A DNA stretch of 64,000 bases from positions 32,001 through 96,000 of the forward strand of contig JBHLKM010000014.1 in NCBI GenBank assembly GCA_048886685.1, written 5' to 3'. Under the pieces are notes generated by a model, which was given only the letters and a program-made list of their open reading frames with translations, made no database searches and had not been told where the DNA came from. Each line of letters opens with the position of its first letter. Positions within the stretch are counted from its first letter, which is position 1. A program made the position numbers and the translations under genes. Of this stretch, positions 20,118-30,462 are shown piece after piece. Source of the DNA: Candidatus Hodarchaeota archaeon. GTDB taxonomy: Archaea; Asgardarchaeota; Lokiarchaeia; Sigyniarchaeales; SOKP01.

Positions 20118-21887
20118 TTAGAATTTTATAGTACCATTCATAAGATTTTGATATTTTTTTTTATCTAATATTTTATAAATGTTTGAGGTAGAGTCCCAGA
20201 AATAAATTTTATCCTTTATTTTATTGATATCATATCCTTCTTTTTTGAAGTTTACTTTTCTTAATTTATGAGTTCCTGTAAAATCTAGTTTATCCTTAAT
20301 GCGGAGAAAAACTGGGATTGAATATTTTGGAAGGTTTTCACTTAAGAATTGGGAAAACTTATTTAGATCAAGTGGAATTTCATTGCCTAATATTATTGAA
20401 ACCATACCTGCCCTTCCTTCTGAATTCGGAATTTCAACACCATATACAGTACACATTTCAATATTATCAAAACCATTTATGATCGATTCGACCTCTAAGG
20501 TTGATACATTTTCTCCTTTCCACCTAAAAGTATCTCCGAATCTATCCGCAAAAGAAACCCAGTTATTATCATGAAGAGTGACTAAGTCACCTGTATTGAA
20601 ATAAACATCTCCTTCCTCAAGAACATCCCTAAGAACTCTTGTCTTAGTTTTCTCTTTATCTTTATAACCTAGAAAGTTTGAGGTTTCTGCTATCTTAACT
20701 AACATCATGCCAGTTTCTCCAGGTTTACATTCAATATATTGGTCATTCTCATCTTTGATAAAGTCGCCCCTTTCTTCATCAATTTTCACTATAACAATTG
20801 TTCCCGCAACAGTTATTCTACCTATCATTCCAGGTACCTCTTCAATATTGAATAGACCTCCAGCACCATCTGTTGCTCCATAAAACTCTAAAAGATGGTC
20901 AATATGAAAACGGGATTTAAATTTATTCCATATATCTTTCCGGAGTCCTAAACCTAACATTTTTTTAAGTGTAGTATTTTCTACATATTCAGATTCAGGT
21001 CTATTAAGAAGATATCTCGGTAATTCTCCTATGTAAAGGACGCAAGTGGCACCATATTTTTTGATATCCTTCCAGAATTCTGATGCTGAAAATCGCTTTC
21101 TTATTGCAAAAGCGCAACCTCCATTTATAACACTACCCCATCCATTAACCATTGCGTGTGAGTGATATAGAGGTAAGGGACAATAAAGTACATCGTTTAT
21201 GGTTAGTTGAAATGCTAAATATCCAAATGGATTGAGAAGTCGTACGTTATTCTGTAAGGCTGCTTTTGGAAGCCCTGTTGTTCCAGAAGTGAATATATAC
21301 ATGGCCATATCACTTAAATATGAATTATAGGTTGTTTTAGGATTAACCGTAGAAACCAATTCTAATTCTTTACGCAAATCGACATAATTATGTTTAATTT
21401 CGTTAGGATTGTTGATAACATATATATTATTTTCATTGATCTTAAGTTCTTCAAAAACCTCGTTAAAGGCAGGCAAGCTATCCCCGCCAATAACTATCAG
21501 TTTTGGCTCGCTAATTCTAAATGCATGAATTAGAGCCTTCTTTCTTTGATTTACATTAATTAGAGAAACGATACCTTGTATTTTATTAATACCTATCGTA
21601 ATAAAAAGAAATTCGGGAGAATTTTCCATCATCATTGCAATTATATCACCAGGATTATTCCCAATTTTGAGAAAATAATTGGCAATTTTATTGCTTTCCT
21701 TATTTAAAGCTTGCCAAGTCCATGAAAGATCCTTATATAATAAAGCAGTTCTATTAGGAATATTTTCAGCATGTTGTTCTATTAAAATTCCTGGGCTCCG
21801 ATTCGGATTTTTGATCACCTCTTCAATTATTTGATTAAGCCTTTCAAGGTAATCTGCTTCTTTTTTTGTTAATTGAGTTTCTTCCAT
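20118..21887 (-). CDS. Long-chain acyl-CoA synthetase (FATP-like)
   Basis: YIFTSGTTGLPKA, LPLYH, YIGELPRYL, DRFGDTFRWKGENVST. Confidence 0.93.
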   Translation of the reverse strand: MEETQLTKKEADYLERLNQIIEEVIKNPNRSPGILIEQHAENIPNRTALLYKDLSWTWQALNKESNKIANYFLKIGNNPGDIIAMMMENSPEFLFITIGINKIQGIVSLINVNQRKKALIHAFRISEPKLIVIGGDSLPAFNEVFEELKINENNIYVINNPNEIKHNYVDLRKELELVSTVNPKTTYNSYLSDMAMYIFTSGTTGLPKAALQNNVRLLNPFGYLAFQLTINDVLYCPLPLYHSHAMVNGWGSVINGGCAFAIRKRFSASEFWKDIKKYGATCVLYIGELPRYLLNRPESEYVENTTLKKMLGLGLRKDIWNKFKSRFHIDHLLEFYGATDGAGGLFNIEEVPGMIGRITVAGTIVIVKIDEERGDFIKDENDQYIECKPGETGMMLVKIAETSNFLGYKDKEKTKTRVLRDVLEEGDVYFNTGDLVTLHDNNWVSFADRFGDTFRWKGENVSTLEVESIINGFDNIEMCTVYGVEIPNSEGRAGMVSIILGNEIPLDLNKFSQFLSENLPKYSIPVFLRIKDKLDFTGTHKLRKVNFKKEGYDINKIKDKIYFWDSTSNIYKILDKKKYQNLMNGTIKF

Positions 21888-22087
21888 ACATTTTATCCTT
21901 AATAATTTTATTGAAAACGATTTTCAATTTGATATTGAGTACAATAATATTAGTTATATTGATATATAAATATTCTAGACATAAACTTCAAGATTTCTAA
22001 TTGAGACAGTATTGGGCTTAGATCAAGATTAATTTAATATTCAGCAATAAAGATAAAAAATTTTAAATTTGAAAGACATTACCATTT

Positions 22088-22663
22088 ATGATTTTAAGAA
22101 TTGATCATGTTTCTTTAGCGGTTAAAGATTACGATAAAGCTGTCGAATTTTTTACAAAAATTCTTGGAGCTGTTTCACAGTATAACGGTACAGATAATCA
22201 TCTAAAGTACTATTGGGAGACTTTTGCCTTAGGAGATCTTTCTCGGTTTGAAATAATAAAGCCAACCGGAAAAGGTAGTTTTCTAGAAAACTTTTTGAAG
22301 GATAAAGAAGGGGGCATACATCATCTTGTCTTACAGACACCGGATATTAATATGACAAGAGAAATTCTTGAAAAAAATAATATCCCTTACTTTGGATTCC
22401 AAAATTATGGAGAAAGGTGGAAAGAACTTTTCATTCATCCAAAAGATGCTTTTGGGGTTTTACTCCAGATTGCGGAATTTAAGGCTTCTGATTGGCTATC
22501 TCCGTCTTATAGTATGCCTGAAGATCAAAAATGGTCTGTAGTAAGAAAAAATAATGAATATATTCTCACTTTTTCTCATCCAGGTGGAGGGAAAGTAAAA
22601 ATAAGCTTAAATAGAGAAGAAGTTAATGAGTTAATTGAAGATCTTAATAAATTGTTAGAATAA
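22088..22663 (+). CDS. VOC-family protein (methylmalonyl-CoA epimerase-like) with C-terminal extension
   Basis: IDHVSLAVKD, GGIHH, FIHPKDAFGVLLQIAE. Confidence 0.85.
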   Translation: MILRIDHVSLAVKDYDKAVEFFTKILGAVSQYNGTDNHLKYYWETFALGDLSRFEIIKPTGKGSFLENFLKDKEGGIHHLVLQTPDINMTREILEKNNIPYFGFQNYGERWKELFIHPKDAFGVLLQIAEFKASDWLSPSYSMPEDQKWSVVRKNNEYILTFSHPGGGKVKISLNREEVNELIEDLNKLLE

Positions 22664-22677
22664 ATTTTCTCTAATTT

Positions 22678-23565
22678 TCATTCCGTGAGTTTTTCTTTTA
22701 TCTGAACAACTAATTTTTCAGCTTCCTCAGAATCAGTTATAAATTCAATTTCATTAGGAGATGTTATTCCTACTCCTAGTTCTACTGCTCTTTTAATTTG
22801 TTCTTGCTCAAAGATTGGACCTTTTGTTACTTCAGGAGTGGTACCAAGAATTCGTAATAGTGCAACTCCAACAGCATCAATTGCAACTTTATCTGTACCC
22901 GCAACAAAGACATTTGCATCTTTACGGGTACCTTCCATTGGTCCACGATCTACGAAAGCTATAATGCCGTCCATAATGATCAAGTCAGGTTTATATACAG
23001 CATTAATTTCACCAATCATTTTCCTTTGATTCTTTGAAGAATGCAATTCCCCCATATATTTTTTATGCACTAATCCTACGGCGTTCTTAAGTGATAAGGT
23101 AAAGTGACCCCCATACATATGAGTCTTTAAGCAACAAGTTTCAACGATGCATTCCGCATCATCATAAATTTTAGCAAACAGGAATCCATCTTTCCAATGA
23201 CAATCTTCAGTTTTTTTAAGGACATATTCATCATCAGAAATATCAGTTAAATCAACGATCTTAAAACCTAATTCGTCTGCTAATGCATATAATCCTTTTT
23301 TCTCAAACGTCTCAGATGTTTTGGCAGGACCACTCCGTTCTGCAACTGTAATAGACTTTGCACCCATTTCTTTCATTTTAATAAGAATTTGTTTGACGGT
23401 ATCCATTGAACTTGATGCGGGGGGTGGATCAGCAGTATTAAAATTTGGTTTGAATACCACATTTTTATCTTTAATGGGATTAATTCCTAATAGCTCTAAT
23501 GATTTATTTACTCCGTCAATATGATTGTTCGTACAAATAATTGCGACTTTAGTCATATTAATCAC
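22678..23565 (-). CDS. DUF362-family protein
   Basis: VVFKPNF, LKTH, TLSLKN.VG, PDLIIMDG, D.VAID. Confidence 0.85.
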   Translation of the reverse strand: MINMTKVAIICTNNHIDGVNKSLELLGINPIKDKNVVFKPNFNTADPPPASSSMDTVKQILIKMKEMGAKSITVAERSGPAKTSETFEKKGLYALADELGFKIVDLTDISDDEYVLKKTEDCHWKDGFLFAKIYDDAECIVETCCLKTHMYGGHFTLSLKNAVGLVHKKYMGELHSSKNQRKMIGEINAVYKPDLIIMDGIIAFVDRGPMEGTRKDANVFVAGTDKVAIDAVGVALLRILGTTPEVTKGPIFEQEQIKRAVELGVGITSPNEIEFITDSEEAEKLVVQIKEKLTE

Positions 23566-23721
23566 CTCACATTAGATAATAAATTGTAAGTAGGAATTTA
23601 AGATTTGCTCATTTAAAAATTAAGAATTTAACTACCCAGTTAAATACCCAAATCTTGAATTTTATGAAATAAAAAATACATTAGAAAATAAGAACTATTT
23701 TTTTAATTCCTGCTATTATTA

Positions 23722-24372
23722 CTAAAACTGAAATCCACATCCAGGACAAAATTTAGAGGTATAATCAACTTTAAATCCACACCTAGGACAATAGTTAAGG
23801 GCTCCTAAATTCTGGGTTTTTTGTATTTCATGTGTAGGAAGTTTTTTATGAGGAATGATAATTTTATCCTTTGGTCTTATTAAAAGATAATCCATAATAT
23901 TTGTAGTTATTATAATTTTATTAAATATAAATCCTAGAATCGTCAAGCTTGCGCCTGATATTGCTCCGGTTACGCCAAAATCTATAATAGCATAGTCTAA
24001 AACTTTATAGCCCTCAGGTACGAAATAACCATCCCCAAAATTATCAACATAGATAATCCAAAATAACGTTCCTGAAATTATTAGTAAGGGATATAAAACC
24101 CAGGTTTTATTTTCATCATTAAAAGATTTTTTCTCAGTCCTAACAATATTTGCAGAGTATACTAATTTAATTCCACTTATTAGAATCAACATACCAATAA
24201 TTATGCCGATAATTAAGATATCAAGCTTTTCAGTATTGAATGATAATCCATCAAAATCTTCTAATCCCCAAATCCAATAATAATAGATATTAGGATATGT
24301 GGGGAGGTATATTGCAGAGCTAAAAATCGTAATAATACATAGGATTCCTCCCACCAATGGGATAAAAAACAT
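23722..24372 (-). CDS. Membrane protein with C-terminal zinc ribbon
   Basis: About 4 hydrophobic segments; CPRCG..CPGCG. Confidence 0.75.
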   Translation of the reverse strand: MFFIPLVGGILCIITIFSSAIYLPTYPNIYYYWIWGLEDFDGLSFNTEKLDILIIGIIIGMLILISGIKLVYSANIVRTEKKSFNDENKTWVLYPLLIISGTLFWIIYVDNFGDGYFVPEGYKVLDYAIIDFGVTGAISGASLTILGFIFNKIIITTNIMDYLLIRPKDKIIIPHKKLPTHEIQKTQNLGALNYCPRCGFKVDYTSKFCPGCGFQF

Positions 24373-24423
24373 ATTGCTTTTTTCTATTCTTTCTATATCT
24401 AATCACTTATAACTTTGTTTTAT

Positions 24424-25068
24424 TCACACATAAGGTTGTATAGGAATGAGTATATATAATATTTGCACAAAGAATAAACAGCTAAAAGTCAAAAAAAACC
24501 TATTATTTAAGTAAATTGCATATAGGAATATTATTATTATCGCTGCTAATTGAAGACAAAGAGATAATATTTCTAAAGCTAAAGCATAATCATTAAAATC
24601 AAATAAAGCTTCAATATCATTTTGATATATGAAATATTGCATCAAGGAATGAACTGTCAGCCTTAAAACACCTCCAACAATTATAAGAATTGGTGTGTAT
24701 ATCAACATTTTCTTGTAAAAATCTATATTTTTATAGAAGAAAATTAGAAAAGCAACTCCGACAATTATAAAGATGGAATTAGGTAAAATAATATATAATA
24801 TTAACACTATTGAAAAAAATGTTAATTTATCCGACTCTGATGTTATGCTAATCCCAGTAGGTATGAAGAATCTTGTAATGTACCATAAGATACTTATAAT
24901 TCCAGCAATAAATAAACTATTCAAAAATCTAGGGGCATCTTCTTCTCCTTTTAAAAAATGACTTCCAGCAACTAAAGAACCACTCTGAATGATCCATAAC
25001 ACTGTAATAATGACAAAAAAATAATTATAATCAAAATATGAAAAGGTTATTGTCATGAATAAGATCAA
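24424..25068 (-). CDS. Hypothetical polytopic membrane protein
   Basis: About 6 hydrophobic segments. Confidence 0.65.
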   Translation of the reverse strand: MILFMTITFSYFDYNYFFVIITVLWIIQSGSLVAGSHFLKGEEDAPRFLNSLFIAGIISILWYITRFFIPTGISITSESDKLTFFSIVLILYIILPNSIFIIVGVAFLIFFYKNIDFYKKMLIYTPILIIVGGVLRLTVHSLMQYFIYQNDIEALFDFNDYALALEILSLCLQLAAIIIIFLYAIYLNNRFFLTFSCLFFVQILYILIPIQPYV

Positions 25069-25212
25069 AATTTTTTTTTACTTATTCTATAAAGAAATAT
25101 ATTTCACTCTATCAGAAGAAATTAAAACGCTATTATTTATAAACTATTAATACAAAATTTTTATCCCTCAAATAATTCTCAAAAATAGAAGATCTCTATA
25201 AGACAATTAATA

Positions 25213-26496
25213 ATGTATGAGGAGCAAAAAATAAGAAATCGCTGGATTGTTGTCATTGGAGCGATCATGATCCAATTAGCGTTAGGGACGATTTATTCTT
25301 GGGGAACACTTACTGTATTTATTAGTCCGTATTTAAGTGAAATTAAAGAGGTAACTGTTTTTATTTTTGGTATTGGGTTATTATCGTTTGCAGTAACCAT
25401 GATTTTTGCTGGTCAATTACAACAAAGATATGGCCCAAGGAATATCGCTATTCTTGGAGGTGTTCTAATGGGAGGTGGTGTTATATTATCAGCATTCATG
25501 ACCACATTTATCGGTTTGCTCATCACATACGGTATTATTTTTGGGGCAGGAATAGGATTTGGATATGTGTGTCCTATAGCTTCCGCAGGTAAATGGTTCC
25601 CGGATAAAAAAGGTTTCATAAATGGGATTGCTGTTGCAGGGTTTGGAGCCGGATCATTTATTTTTAATTATGTAATAAAAGCATTAGCAAATCCTACAAA
25701 TCTTGAAACAGATCATCCAAATTTCGAACCGACTATTTCTAATAACATTCCTCTAATGTTTATTATTCTGGGAATGATATATTTAATCCTAATAATTGGT
25801 GGAGCGTTCACTTTAAGTAATCCTCCTGAAGGTTGGAAACCAGAAGGTTGGATTCCTCCAGCTCCTTCTGAGAAAAGTGGTATTTCAGGATTTGAATTTG
25901 AACGTAGTCAAACGATAAAAACACCTCAATTTTGGATGCTTTGGGCTACATTTATATTAAGTGCGATTTCTGGGTTGATGGTGATAGGATCGTATGCAGC
26001 CTTTGCAAAGACAGTAGATGCAAGTGACAATTTCATTTATACTATTGGAACAGCTGATTTTGTATTAATTGGAAGTTTAGCTGCGCTATTTAATGGTTTA
26101 GGAAGAATAATATGGGGAAAGATGGCGGATATTATAATATACAAAAGAGCGATGTTATTGATGTTTATTACACAGTCAATACTATTGTTTATATACTTTA
26201 CAACAAATATTAATGAGATTTATTTCCTAATAATGACGTGTGCTATTTATTTCTGCTTCGGAGGCAATTTTAGTTTATTTCCTACTGCTACTACTGACAT
26301 ATTCGGTTCAAAAAATTTAGGACCTAATTATGGTATGGTGTTCACAGCATATGGTATTGCTGGATTTATAGGGGCAACAATGGTAAGTGCTTTTGTTTCA
26401 ATATTTGGAAGTTATTTAATACTTTTTATAGTTATGGGACTAATGTCAGTTGGAGCTGCGATTATTGCATTTCTAATTAAACCACCAGAACGTTAA
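25213..26496 (+). CDS. MFS transporter, oxalate/formate antiporter-like
   Basis: About 12 TM; G..YSW, KWFPDKKG, NGLGRIIWG, FGSKNLGPNYG. Confidence 0.9.
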   Translation: MYEEQKIRNRWIVVIGAIMIQLALGTIYSWGTLTVFISPYLSEIKEVTVFIFGIGLLSFAVTMIFAGQLQQRYGPRNIAILGGVLMGGGVILSAFMTTFIGLLITYGIIFGAGIGFGYVCPIASAGKWFPDKKGFINGIAVAGFGAGSFIFNYVIKALANPTNLETDHPNFEPTISNNIPLMFIILGMIYLILIIGGAFTLSNPPEGWKPEGWIPPAPSEKSGISGFEFERSQTIKTPQFWMLWATFILSAISGLMVIGSYAAFAKTVDASDNFIYTIGTADFVLIGSLAALFNGLGRIIWGKMADIIIYKRAMLLMFITQSILLFIYFTTNINEIYFLIMTCAIYFCFGGNFSLFPTATTDIFGSKNLGPNYGMVFTAYGIAGFIGATMVSAFVSIFGSYLILFIVMGLMSVGAAIIAFLIKPPER

Positions 26497-26512
26497 ACTA
26501 AGAAAAGATAAA

Positions 26513-27676
26513 CTAGAATTTTCTAATACCATCTATTTCAGAAAATTCCTCTTCCGTGAAAAAATCTTTCTCGGATGGCGGATAATGTATAATCTCATTT
26601 CCGTCATTATTAAATTGTTTTACAAATTCTCGTCCATCCTTATCAATATAGACTTTTCCTGAATTAATCAGCATATTATAAAGTTCTTTTCTTTTTTTAG
26701 GATCAGCAACACAGATGAAATTACAGTTCCCACATCTGGGATTTGTATTGGAAAATGGACGAAGTCCTACATTTTCAAGTACTCCCACATTAGCAAAGGA
26801 TTTTGCAATTGTCTGGTTGAATTTTCGAATATTCTCAGGTGTATCCTTATCTGACAAAATTTTCATAAAGAGGTTCCTTCGAAAGTCACTGTTCCGCCAC
26901 TCTTCTTCTGGAATATTTTTCAAACTTACATGACCAGGAGTCCAAGTACTCCAAGAACCATCCTCAGAAAGCCCATACCACCCAGCACAGCCTATTCCAC
27001 ATTGAGAAAAGGTACCTCTTTTTGCATAGATTTCTTTAAATCCACCAATAATTACTGGTTGCATATCTTCTTGTTCATTTTCAGAAAAATATCCTGTTGT
27101 ACATACTTTAGTGCAGATTTTACATTTATTACAATAATTTTTTTCAGCCATTGGGTCTGGTTCAAGAGGTGCTGTAGTCAATACTCCACCCAGGTAAAGA
27201 GATCCCCCATATTCTTTTGTTACTAAATTTCCTGACCATCCTAGATGACCTAATCCTGCGGCTACAGCTCCATACCTCAATGAAAAGTCAGGATATCGTA
27301 TATCTCCCATAATATAGTCAGGAATATCTTCCCTTGGCCTATATTTCGCATTTGGTATCACTGGAAATGCTATGTAATCTGAATTTTTTTCGATGAATTC
27401 TGAGATAATTAAAGCTGTTCTCCATGAACCAGCATATCCAATCTGCTGTGCTTTTTTAATACTCATTCTTTCTTTCTTTGCAAAATAATTCTCAAGTGCT
27501 TCAATAGGATTTGGATATGCCCATATTATACAGCTCTGGCTACCTGGTAAACAATAATCCATATTTCCAGATGGAGGTGCCTCTTTTAGGCGTTCTTGGC
27601 TACCAACTCCTATTAATTTTGCACCCTCATTAAACGCAATTTGCTTTATTTTATCTTTAAGCTCTTTTAGATTCAT
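26513..27676 (-). CDS. QueG/reductive-dehalogenase-like cobalamin Fe-S protein
   Basis: AVAAGLGHLGWSG, LGGVLT..PLEPD, CNKCKICTKVC, CGNCNFIC. Confidence 0.75.
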   Translation of the reverse strand: MNLKELKDKIKQIAFNEGAKLIGVGSQERLKEAPPSGNMDYCLPGSQSCIIWAYPNPIEALENYFAKKERMSIKKAQQIGYAGSWRTALIISEFIEKNSDYIAFPVIPNAKYRPREDIPDYIMGDIRYPDFSLRYGAVAAGLGHLGWSGNLVTKEYGGSLYLGGVLTTAPLEPDPMAEKNYCNKCKICTKVCTTGYFSENEQEDMQPVIIGGFKEIYAKRGTFSQCGIGCAGWYGLSEDGSWSTWTPGHVSLKNIPEEEWRNSDFRRNLFMKILSDKDTPENIRKFNQTIAKSFANVGVLENVGLRPFSNTNPRCGNCNFICVADPKKRKELYNMLINSGKVYIDKDGREFVKQFNNDGNEIIHYPPSEKDFFTEEEFSEIDGIRKF

Positions 27677-27803
27677 AAATATCAGAGACGAATATCAGTT
27701 TTTTATGTTAAATATTTATTTTCTTAAGATTTTTAATTTTTTGCTTAATTTGAGTATATATTGTGATTAAATTCTATTTCAATATTTAGGTGGATAAATT
27801 TAT

Positions 27804-28970
27804 ATGAATCCTATATCAAAAAGTCTAGATTTTTTTCAAGAATCTGTAATTAGAGAAATGACGAGGAAAGCTATCGAAAATAATGCGATCAACCTTTCTC
27901 AGGGAATGCCGGATTTTTCCCCTCCTTTAGAACTTATAAAAGGTATAGAAATAGGAATTGAGGAAGAGGAGCATCAATACTCGGTTACATATGGTAGAGT
28001 TGATTTACGAGAAAAAATAGCTAGGAAACTTCAAGACTACAATAAAATAATAGTTGATCCCTATAATGAAATTACAATAACATGTGGTGCCAGTGAAGCA
28101 ATTGCTTCAAGCATCTTTGCCATTACAAATCCAGGAGATGAGATTTTAATTCTTGAGCCTTGGTATGAAAATTATGTTCCAATAACATATCTAGCTCAAG
28201 GCAAACCTGTTTTTGTCTCTTTAGCAGAAGATACTTATAATGTTGATGAGGAACGATTAAAAAATAGCATTACGAGAAACACCAAAGCGATAATTGTAAA
28301 TTCACCTCATAATCCTACTGGCAAGGTATTCTCTTCAGAAGACTTCAAAACAATCTCAGACTTGTGTATAGACTATGATATCGTCGCAATAACAGATGAG
28401 ATATATGAATATATTTTATTTGACAACCTAAAACATCAAAGTATTGGTAGTTTTGACTCTATGCATGAAAAAACCATCACGGTTAGTGGTTTTAGTAAAA
28501 CATTTTCAGTAACAGGATGGAGGATTGGTTATGTAGCAGCAAATAAAGAGTTGATGGAAGGTATCAGAAAAGTTCATGATTACCTTACTGTTTGTGCTCC
28601 CTCATTATTGCAATATGCATCGTTAAATGCTTTTACTTTAGATTCTTCATATTTCAATAACCTTAGGAATAGATATCAAACGAATCGAGACTATTTTTAT
28701 AACCAACTTACAAAAATAGGAATGCAGGTGTTTAAACCAGAAGGTGCTTATTATATGTTTGCTAATATTTCTCAATTTGGCATGGATGATTTAGAATTTT
28801 CAGATTTTTTAGTAAAAGATGAGGGTGTTGCGGTGGTTCCAGGATCCAGTTTTTATGATGGTAAATATAAAAATAGAAATCCGGGATCTGATTATGTTAG
28901 GTTTTCAATTTCACAAAAATTAGAAACATTAAAACAAGCTATAGTGCGAATTGAGACAAAACTAATTTGA
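27804..28970 (+). CDS. PLP-dependent aminotransferase class I/II
   Basis: INLSQGMPD, NSPHNPTG, DEIYE, SKTFSVTGWRIG. Confidence 0.95.
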   Translation: MNPISKSLDFFQESVIREMTRKAIENNAINLSQGMPDFSPPLELIKGIEIGIEEEEHQYSVTYGRVDLREKIARKLQDYNKIIVDPYNEITITCGASEAIASSIFAITNPGDEILILEPWYENYVPITYLAQGKPVFVSLAEDTYNVDEERLKNSITRNTKAIIVNSPHNPTGKVFSSEDFKTISDLCIDYDIVAITDEIYEYILFDNLKHQSIGSFDSMHEKTITVSGFSKTFSVTGWRIGYVAANKELMEGIRKVHDYLTVCAPSLLQYASLNAFTLDSSYFNNLRNRYQTNRDYFYNQLTKIGMQVFKPEGAYYMFANISQFGMDDLEFSDFLVKDEGVAVVPGSSFYDGKYKNRNPGSDYVRFSISQKLETLKQAIVRIETKLI

Positions 28971-29020
28971 AAATTAAGTGTCTATTCTTATTTTTATAAA
29001 TTCCTATTATTTAATCTCAT

Positions 29021-29161
29021 ATGCCAGAAGAGGCAATTAATAACAAGCAAAATTATAGAGTTATAATATATCATGGTCACCTCCACAAAATTCCTATAGA
29101 TGAGAACACAGAAGAATTTCAAGAGAAAAAACTGGTTTTAAAAGAAGAGTCAATTAAATGA
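29021..29161 (+). CDS. Candidate 46-aa leaderless small protein (not in ORF track)
   Basis: MPEEAINNKQNYRVIIYHGHLHKIPIDENTEEFQEKKLVLKEESIK; TTTATAAA about 25 nt upstream. Confidence 0.4.
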   Translation: MPEEAINNKQNYRVIIYHGHLHKIPIDENTEEFQEKKLVLKEESIK

Positions 29162-29240
29162 TACAATTTATAAAAAATCTCATTATCTTTTTATATATTA
29201 GAAGAACCTAATAAATTAATCATTTTTATCTCTAAATTGA

Positions 29241-29810
29241 TTGTATATGGATATGAATAAATCAAGGAAAAGAGAAATTAAAGGAAATCTCTTAAGTCCT
29301 TTACCAGTTGTTTTGGTAGGCGCTCTGGTTAATAAAAAACCGAATTACCTTGTGATAGGATATATATGTCCTTTCGACTTCGGGAGATATATATTCTTTA
29401 GTCTATACAAGAAGCGGTACACTAGGATTGGTATTCATGAAAATATGACTTTTAGTGTAAATGTCCCAAATGAAGATATTTTAGCTGAAACAGATATTTG
29501 TGGCAGCAAGTCTGGTCATGATTTCGATAAATCTTCAATCTTTAACACTTTTTATGGAGAATTACAAACGGCTCCTATGATAAGCGAATGTCCTGTGAAC
29601 ATAGAGTGTAGAGTAGCTGAAATTCTCGATTACGACCCTAATGAAGGTATCATAGGTGAAGTTATTAAATCATATGCAAATCCTCATTGCTTAACGGGTG
29701 ATAAACTAGATTGGAGAAAAATTCATCCTATTATATGGGCAACGGGAGGTGATTTTAATTATTATCAACTTGGTAAAAGAATTGTACCAGAAGAAGTTGA
29801 AAAGGATTAA
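29241..29810 (+). CDS. Flavin reductase-like (flavoredoxin family) protein
   Basis: PLPVVLVG, FSVNVP, CGSKSG, APMISECPVNIEC. Confidence 0.88.
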   Translation: MYMDMNKSRKREIKGNLLSPLPVVLVGALVNKKPNYLVIGYICPFDFGRYIFFSLYKKRYTRIGIHENMTFSVNVPNEDILAETDICGSKSGHDFDKSSIFNTFYGELQTAPMISECPVNIECRVAEILDYDPNEGIIGEVIKSYANPHCLTGDKLDWRKIHPIIWATGGDFNYYQLGKRIVPEEVEKD

Positions 29811-29871
29811 ATGACATCTTTCATTTTTTGGGATTATTAAAATTGATTATAAACATATGAGGATTTTTTAA

Positions 29872-30375
29872 ATGGGTGAAAGCGAGCAGATTAAATTGTT
29901 AAAGGACAGAAGAAGTATAAGAAGTTATGAATCAAAGCCTATTGATGATGATATTTTAACTAATATTCTTGATACAGCTAGATGGTGTATGAGTGCTAGA
30001 AATAGGCAACCATGGACTTTTTACGTCATTAGAAATAGAGAATTAATTGAAAAAATTGCTAAGGAATGCACTACTGGCCCTTTTGCTTCAGGAGCACCTC
30101 TATTGATAGCAATTGTTGGAGACAAGGAATTATCGCCAAATTGGTATCTTCATGATACATGTTTTGTTTCATTACAATTAGCTTTAGCTGCGTGGTCATA
30201 TGGTATTGGAACATGCTGGATTGGTAGGATAAACCGAGATAATGTAAAAAGTCTACTAAATCTTAAAGAAAGTGATGATTTATTAACTGTTCTTCCATTA
30301 GGATATCCAAAGGGAGCAATCCCTAAGCCAAGGCCTCGAAAACCATTAGAAGAAATCGTTAAATATATAGATTAA
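29872..30375 (+). CDS. Nitroreductase family protein
   Basis: RRSIRSY, SARNRQPW, GIGTCWIG, LGYP. Confidence 0.92.
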   Translation: MGESEQIKLLKDRRSIRSYESKPIDDDILTNILDTARWCMSARNRQPWTFYVIRNRELIEKIAKECTTGPFASGAPLLIAIVGDKELSPNWYLHDTCFVSLQLALAAWSYGIGTCWIGRINRDNVKSLLNLKESDDLLTVLPLGYPKGAIPKPRPRKPLEEIVKYID

Positions 30376-30462
30376 TTCTTATTTCAACATCTTTTTTTTC
30401 AAAACTTCTAAGTAGAAGTAGTGTAAGCATTATAAATCGATAAATCCTATTAATAATGAAAA

